Source of the DNA: Bacteroidota bacterium
GTDB lineage: Bacteria; Bacteroidota; Bacteroidia; Flavobacteriales_D; Crocinitomicaceae
Reading direction: 5' to 3'
NCBI GenBank assembly: GCA_039795265.1
Contig: JBDKEM010000016.1
Location: forward strand, 53,106-117,105
DNA: 64,000 nucleotides
Part shown: in pieces, positions 58,026-64,000 of the stretch
How the letters are laid out: each line of letters opens with the position of its first letter
Position numbering within the stretch: position 1 is the stretch's first letter
Made by a program: the position numbers and the translations under genes
Notes under the pieces: model-generated
Seen by the model: the letters and a program-made list of their open reading frames with translations, nothing else
The model's database searches: none
What the model was told of the DNA's origin: nothing

Positions 58026-59777
58026 ATGTTAAATAGGTATTTTAAGGCAATTCTGGACAATAGTCCAGAGAGTATTGTGATGTTGGGTTTGAACCATGAA
58101 GTACTTGCCTTCAATCGTGTAATGAGCGAAGTACTTTTTGAATACCATCAACGTAAGATCCAAGAAGGTGATTTGTATTATCCTGATTTTGTGATTGAGG
58201 ATGCAAAAGAACTATATCTTCAAGGTTTTGGCAAAGCGCTGACGGGACAGGAGTTTATGGTTCGACATAATACCAAATTAGGAGAGTTGGATTATTGGTT
58301 TGAATACAGGATGTTGCCCGTTTTTGACGATGAAGAACTTATTGGTATTACACTAAGTGCAAAAAACATTACTAAAGAAATTCGTGCTGAAATTAAGTTG
58401 CGTGAGCAATCCAATAGAATGCGAGCAATTTTAGATAACACTGAAATTTCAATTACTCTTTTGGACGTTAACCATAAAATATTGGCCTTAAATCGTGTTT
58501 CAGAAGAGTCAATTCGTAACAATTCACCACTTGAAAACTATATTGGTAGAGATTTCCGTGATTATTTACCCGATAAAACGAATTTGTATTACGAATATTT
58601 TCCCAAAGCAATCTCAGGCGAAAGTTGTGCTGCGGAAATTCCTTATACCAATGCATTAGGTGAATTAATATGGTATTCGACGAAGTTTAATCCTGTTTAC
58701 AATGAAAATGGGACAGAACTAATAGGCGTTTCGATTTTTGCTAAGGATGTGACTAAGCAAAAGCAAATGGAAATTTTGATCAAGGAAAGTGAGACGAAAT
58801 TCCGTGGAATAGTGGAACAAAGCCAAGTTGGTATTTTCATTTTACAGAATGAAAAGTTGATTTACGTTAATCCTGGATTTGAGTCCATTTTTGGCTATAC
58901 ACAAGAGGAATTGTTACGGGAAAATTCCTATGACCACTTAATCCATCCTGATCATCTCGATTTTGTAACACTTACTTATGATAAGTTCATTAACGGTGAG
59001 ATAGAAAAAGAACAATACGAGTTTAAAATCGTTAATGCTACGGGAAATATACGTCATGTTGAGGCTGTTGTTTCTTTGATTTCTTACAATAGCCAGCCTG
59101 CCATTATCGGAACTTTAATCGATAATACGAATAAAATCGACGAAGAAAAAAGAATTAATGAAGCGGTATTAAACGCACAGGAAAAAGAACGCTTGCAAAT
59201 CGGGATGGAATTGCATGACAATGTTAAACAGATTTTAGCTGGAACTTCTTTGTTTTTGGAATTAGCAGAGGAACGCATTGATGATAGGGCGTTTATCAGT
59301 AAGGTATTGAGTGATTTGAAACAATATAATAACGAGGCAATTTTGGAATTGAGACGCTTGTCGCATCAATTGGCGCCATTAGTCGAAGAAGGAACGGTAC
59401 TGTCTGAAAAAATAGAGTGGTTAATTGAGAGTTTGAAGCTAAATGAATCAATTAATGTAGAACTCAACATTGAGTCATCCAAAGACAATCTTGATAATAA
59501 GATTCAATTGGCATTTTATCGAATACTTCAAGAGCAATTAAGTAACATTTTAAAGTATGCCCGTGCTTCAAAAGTTGATATTTCGGTTTATCAAAAAAAG
59601 AACCGTGTTTCACTTTTCATCAAGGATAATGGTGTTGGTTTTGATTTAGGGAAAAGAAAAGAGGGAATTGGATTAGAGAATATTCGCCGCAGAGCTCAAA
59701 TGTTGAACGGAAAATCAGAGATTTTTTCAGAGCCCGGAAAAGGTTGCGAGTTACGAATTGTAGTTCCGATAACCTAA
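58026..59777 (+). CDS. Cytoplasmic sensor histidine kinase: three PAS domains, HisKA_3 and HATPase_c (NarL/LuxR-partner type)
   Basis: 583 aa with no TM segment. It has three PAS-like units, an H-box ERLQIGMELHDNVKQILAG (HisKA_3 type), and an ATPase with N-box LQEQLSNILKYA and G-boxes DNGVGF / GIGLENIRRRA. Confidence 0.85.
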   Translation: MLNRYFKAILDNSPESIVMLGLNHEVLAFNRVMSEVLFEYHQRKIQEGDLYYPDFVIEDAKELYLQGFGKALTGQEFMVRHNTKLGELDYWFEYRMLPVFDDEELIGITLSAKNITKEIRAEIKLREQSNRMRAILDNTEISITLLDVNHKILALNRVSEESIRNNSPLENYIGRDFRDYLPDKTNLYYEYFPKAISGESCAAEIPYTNALGELIWYSTKFNPVYNENGTELIGVSIFAKDVTKQKQMEILIKESETKFRGIVEQSQVGIFILQNEKLIYVNPGFESIFGYTQEELLRENSYDHLIHPDHLDFVTLTYDKFINGEIEKEQYEFKIVNATGNIRHVEAVVSLISYNSQPAIIGTLIDNTNKIDEEKRINEAVLNAQEKERLQIGMELHDNVKQILAGTSLFLELAEERIDDRAFISKVLSDLKQYNNEAILELRRLSHQLAPLVEEGTVLSEKIEWLIESLKLNESINVELNIESSKDNLDNKIQLAFYRILQEQLSNILKYARASKVDISVYQKKNRVSLFIKDNGVGFDLGKRKEGIGLENIRRRAQMLNGKSEIFSEPGKGCELRIVVPIT

Positions 59778-59796
59778 ACAATTTTGCCTTGAATTT

Positions 59797-59958
59797 TTAA
59801 AATTCTTGGTTTTTATGTTTCGGCTGACGTTTGTATTTTTTCTTGCACTCTTCGGCACGTTGTAAAAAACGTCCATCGAAGAATCCTTGTGCTTTTTGTT
59901 GTTCACGTTGATTTCCCAAAAGCAATTGATGTATTTTTTGTTTATCTGTTGTTGACAT
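59797..59958 (-). CDS. Unlisted 53-codon ORF; hypothetical small basic protein with an ArfA-like tail
   Basis: Hand translation gives MSTTDKQKIHQLLLGNQREQQKAQGFFDGRFLQRAEECKKKYKRQPKHKNQEF*. It is below the 60-aa cut-off of the ORF track and lies 71 nt downstream of acpH on the same strand. Coding status is unproven. Confidence 0.35.
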   Translation of the reverse strand: MSTTDKQKIHQLLLGNQREQQKAQGFFDGRFLQRAEECKKKYKRQPKHKNQEF

Positions 59959-60029
59959 GATGCATGACTTTGAACACTAGAAACGAATCGTAGTTAAAAA
60001 GTTGCTTTCTTTGAAGTCAAAATTCGGTC

Positions 60030-60599
60030 TTAATAGTTGAATTCGCTTTTTGCATCGACCATGAATTCCGAAAATGCACTTTTAAATGCAGATTTCTTTG
60101 TTCGATAAACTGTCGGTAGGTCAATCAATTTGTTTTCAAAACTCAATCGTTTACTGATGCTATTCGCCATTTTTTCAATGCTTAATTCGTCTGGATAGTG
60201 GTACAACCACTGGTGTTTTCGCATTTGAAAAAGAAACTCGTGAAAAGGAAGGGGTAAATGTGGTTCAAATGCAGCTGTGGTGTCGAAAAAAATAGACAAA
60301 AATTGGTTCAAATCGGTGCTGTGAAATTCTCTCCATTGCGTGGCTAGAAGATGGTCGAAAACCACATCGACGGCTATAGGTGCTACTTTCGGAAGGTCCT
60401 CATACAACTCGTTTTTCAACAATTGAACGCGCGGATGGTGGTCAATGAAATGGTCAATTCTACGGTGAAGAGCAATTCCATCTTGTATTTTTTTTGGTAG
60501 TTCGTCCCCAATTTTTCCGCGATGAAAATCCCCAAAAAGGTTGTATATCGCCAATTCGTGATCGTCCGCTGAGAAATAAATATGGCCTAGATAATTCAA
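60030..60599 (-). CDS. acpH: Acyl carrier protein phosphodiesterase (AcpH family)
   Basis: The N-terminus MNYLGHIYFS....L.IYNLFGDF and a length of 189 aa are typical of AcpH/DUF479. Confidence 0.8.
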   Translation of the reverse strand: MNYLGHIYFSADDHELAIYNLFGDFHRGKIGDELPKKIQDGIALHRRIDHFIDHHPRVQLLKNELYEDLPKVAPIAVDVVFDHLLATQWREFHSTDLNQFLSIFFDTTAAFEPHLPLPFHEFLFQMRKHQWLYHYPDELSIEKMANSISKRLSFENKLIDLPTVYRTKKSAFKSAFSEFMVDAKSEFNY

Positions 60600-60600
60600 T

Positions 60601-61749
60601 TTATGGCAATAATCCGATTGCGATTTTCATACGAATGACGCGTTTTGCAGCTGCATCCACCTTCTTTCGGAACGCTGCATTTTTACGGTATTCTTCCAAA
60701 ATTTCGGTGTGTGCTTTTTTCGCATCAACGGGCATTAAAACGATATCTACTCCTGCGTCAACGGCTTTCATTGCTGCTTTTGGTACACTAACAACGCCTC
60801 CCATATTCATGGCGTCGGTTACAATTAATCCTTTGAATCCTAGGGAGTCACGCAACAAGTTCTTTACAATTTTTTCAGAACAAGTTGCAGGAAGTCCGTT
60901 GGTGTTGTATTTCGCGTTGTTTTGAATGGCAATATGTGCGACCATTACGGATAAAACTCCATTTGATATCAATTTTGGGTAGGTGTCCAATTCTTTCAAA
61001 TCGCCATCGATGACTTGGAGAGCTTTGTGCGTATCGCCGCTCACCAAACCGTGACCAGGAAAATGTTTTGCTGTAGCAATGATATTGTTGTTTTGTGTCG
61101 TTTGAATAAATGCGTCCGACCATGGAATCAAATTTTCAGGTTGTGCGCCAAATCCTCGATAACCCACTGTTTTATTCGTTGAAAAATCGACCACTGGAGC
61201 AAAGTTGTAATTAATTCCAATTGCTTTTAAGTCGTTTGAAATTGTAGTTGCTACCTCGTTCACTTCTTCGACAGATGAAATTTCTCCTGCTTTTTTAACT
61301 ACGGTGGAACCTATAATTTTTCGGTTTACCAAACTTGGCTCTGCATCTGCACTGTATAAAAAAGGTAAGTTTCCACGTTTTTTGTTGGCCTTTTCAAAAT
61401 CAATAATCCAAGAAGAAAACTCTTCTTTTGTTCCGTTCAACATCAAAACACCACCTATAATTCTATCCTTAATGTGTTGTTCAATAGTTGCTTTGGTTTG
61501 TCCTAATCGACCCACGGCAGGCATTATTAACTGTGCCACTTTTGCGGTATCGTCCATTTTTGCGAAATAGGCATTTACACGATCGTCTAATGCTTCGTTT
61601 TCTTTTAAAAAGTCAGTCAATTCAAATTTAACTGCTTTGGTCATCCCTGCTTCAGAGCGGTTAACGGATACTTTTTCCGCTTTTTGTTGTGCACACGCTG
61701 GTGAAAAAATGGAAAGAAACACTAAGGAAGAAAAATATATGATTCTCAT
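60601..61749 (-). CDS. nagZ: Glycoside hydrolase family 3 beta-N-acetylhexosaminidase (NagZ-like), exported
   Basis: It has a signal peptide, the KHFPGHG..SGDTH catalytic region, and GLIVTDAMNMG. Confidence 0.85.
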   Translation of the reverse strand: MRIIYFSSLVFLSIFSPACAQQKAEKVSVNRSEAGMTKAVKFELTDFLKENEALDDRVNAYFAKMDDTAKVAQLIMPAVGRLGQTKATIEQHIKDRIIGGVLMLNGTKEEFSSWIIDFEKANKKRGNLPFLYSADAEPSLVNRKIIGSTVVKKAGEISSVEEVNEVATTISNDLKAIGINYNFAPVVDFSTNKTVGYRGFGAQPENLIPWSDAFIQTTQNNNIIATAKHFPGHGLVSGDTHKALQVIDGDLKELDTYPKLISNGVLSVMVAHIAIQNNAKYNTNGLPATCSEKIVKNLLRDSLGFKGLIVTDAMNMGGVVSVPKAAMKAVDAGVDIVLMPVDAKKAHTEILEEYRKNAAFRKKVDAAAKRVIRMKIAIGLLP

Positions 61750-61859
61750 TTTAATGATTTTTAGTTTTTTGAAACACGAAAGTAAAATTGAAATGCTGCT
61801 GTTTTATCCCGCATTTCAGATTTTTACAACGAATACTATGTCAATAACCGTGCCTCAGG

Positions 61860-63005
61860 TTATGAACTGAAATAGCTTGGAAGAACCTTGAAAATAGGAC
61901 GATTTATCAATTCCATATACTTCACATACAGATAAATTGTGGTTAAAAATAAAAAGGCGCCAACGACCGATTGCCAGCCGTTCAATTGATGTTCCAAAAA
62001 AGTTCGAAGACTTATTCCGGTTATCGCTCCGTACAATAGAATCGCATGCACGTTGTAAATTGCAAAGGTGTTTTGTCCCATACTCAGCAAAGTACTCGGT
62101 CGAACTGTGACGTATTGTTCAATGGTTAATAGAATCCCTAACAATAGAATCGCTTCCGCAACTTTATCAAAGAGCCAAGCGCGTTTCAGGAAAAAAGGTG
62201 TCGTTTCTCCCAATAGCCAGTCAATTGAGAAACCCACTGTTTTACCAAAAACGACAATCAAAACTGCAATTCCGACAAAAACTAAAGGAAACCAACGTTG
62301 GTGTAAATGCGCCGAAAATTTAAAAATCAGACTTCCTAAGAAACCACCAAAACCCACAAAACCTAACCAAGGAAAGAAGGGGAAGTTTGCTTTTGGTCCA
62401 TTCAACATGTTTTGAAAAAGAACTGGAATTTGTTTAGGTAACCACAATTCATTACCGAATTTATATTGTAAAAATGCATGTCCAACAAAGAAAAACGAAC
62501 CCGTTAAGAATAATAAAACACTGACATTCAATCTTGTTTTTTGTGACAGCCAAGCTATTGAAATCAATAACAACAAGCCAAATCCAATGCATTGAAGAAT
62601 GTGAAACGCGAACAAATTTGGACTGTAACCTCCTCGAAAATAAAAAGGAACATTCATCAAGTTAATTTGAAGCAAGTACCCAACGATAATCAGTTGAGAG
62701 GCTCGTTTTAAGCCTCGTGTAACGCGTTTCTTTTTCCAAAAATGCTGTGTATCTGTTGTGTTTCCTTTGAGCATCAGATAGGTAAAAACCAAACCAGTAA
62801 TCGTGAAAAATAGGGGAGCGGTAAATCCACGAACGCGCACCCAAATATCGAAAAGTAGCAAACCGGAAGTACCAGTTGTTCGCAATTCGTGCAATCGCGT
62901 TCCATAATCGGAATAGGTCATCGTAATGAAATGTCCCTGCAACATGAGTAGAATCGCTATGGTTCGGGCAATGTCAATAAAAACGATGCGTTGCTGATTT
63001 TGCAT
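61860..63005 (-). CDS. Acyltransferase-3 / DUF1624-like polytopic membrane protein (heparan-alpha-glucosaminide N-acetyltransferase-like)
   Basis: The start is chosen at MQNQQRIVFIDIARTIAILLMLQGHF, the conserved R..(F/Y).D..R motif. There are about 10 TM helices. Confidence 0.6.
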   Translation of the reverse strand: MQNQQRIVFIDIARTIAILLMLQGHFITMTYSDYGTRLHELRTTGTSGLLLFDIWVRVRGFTAPLFFTITGLVFTYLMLKGNTTDTQHFWKKKRVTRGLKRASQLIIVGYLLQINLMNVPFYFRGGYSPNLFAFHILQCIGFGLLLLISIAWLSQKTRLNVSVLLFLTGSFFFVGHAFLQYKFGNELWLPKQIPVLFQNMLNGPKANFPFFPWLGFVGFGGFLGSLIFKFSAHLHQRWFPLVFVGIAVLIVVFGKTVGFSIDWLLGETTPFFLKRAWLFDKVAEAILLLGILLTIEQYVTVRPSTLLSMGQNTFAIYNVHAILLYGAITGISLRTFLEHQLNGWQSVVGAFLFLTTIYLYVKYMELINRPIFKVLPSYFSS

Positions 63006-63144
63006 GACGGCAAAGGTAGTTGAAAGTGAAGAATTTTGATGGGATTGAGGTGTCCTATAATTAACCATTTTTGCCTTTTGTTCTTACAATATTGTACCAA
63101 TGCAAGCGTTGTATGTTATTATTCAACTTTAAAAATCACAACTT

Positions 63145-64000
63145 ATGAAGGCAAAATATTTATTTTTCTTATTCGTTGCTTTCGTGTATTTAACGAGTTG
63201 TGATGTTGATACTGGAGAACCAAATCTTGATGAGAAAACCTTACGTCCACAACAAATTTTAGGGGATTCTGAATATAAAAGTGAATCATATAATTGGAGC
63301 GACCAAGAAAATAATTCTACCTTTGATGTTGTTGCAAATTCTAGTTTGTATTCTTCATCAAGAACTCTAACTTATTCGTGGCAAGCGACACCACCGTCCA
63401 ACACAAAAATCAAAAACCAAAAGACACCTTTTGATCCGACCAAAAAGAAAACCACTAAAATCATCAAGGATGGGGATGTTTCAATAAAAACGAAAAATCT
63501 AGTAGGGAGTAAAAAAGATTTTGACAAAATTCTGAAAAAGCTGGAAGGATATTATCAAAAAGAAGAATTAGTAAAAGAAACAGAGGTAATTTACTATACC
63601 TTAAAAATTAGAGTGCCGGCTAAAAACTTTGAAAAACTGCTTGCTTTTATCAGCAGTGGAAATGATGAGATCACACGGAAAAATATCAATTCACGCGATG
63701 TAACCGATCAATTTTTGGATATCGAGAGTCGCTTGGAAAACAAACGAGCTTATTTACAACGCTATAAGGAATTATTATCGAAAGCTTCATCGGTTGGTGA
63801 TATTTTGGAAATTGAAGAGAAAATCCGGAATTTGCAAGAAGAAATTGAAAGTAAAGAAGGGCAGTTACAATACTTACAAGATCAGGTTGAATTCAGTACA
63901 CTGAATATTTATCTTTTCAAGGAAATAGTTCAAGAGGAAGAAAATCATGAAGACACCTTTTTTAGTCGTGTAGTGAATTCATTAATATTTGGCTGGAAAT
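63145..64000 (+). CDS. DUF4349-like lipoprotein, 5' part (runs off the right edge)
   Basis: Not in the ORF track because there is no stop in the window. The product begins MKAKYLFFLFVAFVYLTSC (lipobox). The later segment TDQFLDIESRLENKRAYLQRYKELLSKA..V.DILEIEEKIRNLQEEIES is characteristic of DUF4349. Confidence 0.55.
   Translation, partial: MKAKYLFFLFVAFVYLTSCDVDTGEPNLDEKTLRPQQILGDSEYKSESYNWSDQENNSTFDVVANSSLYSSSRTLTYSWQATPPSNTKIKNQKTPFDPTKKKTTKIIKDGDVSIKTKNLVGSKKDFDKILKKLEGYYQKEELVKETEVIYYTLKIRVPAKNFEKLLAFISSGNDEITRKNINSRDVTDQFLDIESRLENKRAYLQRYKELLSKASSVGDILEIEEKIRNLQEEIESKEGQLQYLQDQVEFSTLNIYLFKEIVQEEENHEDTFFSRVVNSLIFGWK

Overview
The window is 64 kb of an AT-rich chromosome that is almost certainly Bacteroidota, Flavobacteriia-like. 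The evidence is three proteins ending in T9SS C-terminal sorting domains, a fused CcoN-CcoO cbb3 oxidase subunit, GWxTD and CotH/lamin-tail proteins, TAnnTTTG-type promoter boxes and weak Shine-Dalgarno signals.

Most of it is densely packed housekeeping DNA:
- Translation, chaperones and proteolysis: rsmI, trigger factor, rpsT, Lon, DnaK, dusB.
- Envelope and transport: MlaFE-like ABC pair, manC, rfbA, a polyprenyl synthase, an RND/MMPL exporter, marC-tatA, and the peptidoglycan-turnover genes NamZ-like, NagZ and AcpH.
- Other metabolism: purE.
- Respiration: a complete cbb3 oxidase cluster, ccoS-ccoNO-ccoQ-ccoP-ccoG-ccoH plus a DsbD_2/TauE-like gene.
- RNA genes: four tRNAs, namely Leu-TAG, Val-GAC and two identical tandem Glu-TTC.

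The accessory-looking content is:
- a 10,956-nt gene (17% of the window) for a 3651-aa T9SS-sorted beta-helix/PATR/MBG surface protein, flanked by a poly-Asn lipoprotein and an orphan triple-PAS HisKA_3 kinase;
- a GWxTD protein next to a secreted CotH-kinase/lamin-tail protein;
- a GH2 beta-mannosidase / SUFU-like / GT-C-like membrane protein operon;
- an Rpn-family PD-(D/E)XK nuclease gene.

I found no CRISPR array, IS element, integrase, prophage or recognisable defence or toxin system, and I cannot honestly point to a clear-cut new multi-gene system.

The observations I consider most worth follow-up are:
1. an unlisted 53-codon ORF (59797..59958, minus strand) whose basic tail resembles proteobacterial ArfA, the alternative ribosome-rescue factor;
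2. the giant adhesin locus;
3. the mannosidase-SUFU-GT-C operon;
4. several non-coding oddities: a hexanucleotide microsatellite in a GC-rich island, a 357-nt convergent intergenic region, and divergent genes with overlapping starts.

All family assignments come from motif recognition by eye. None has been verified by a search.
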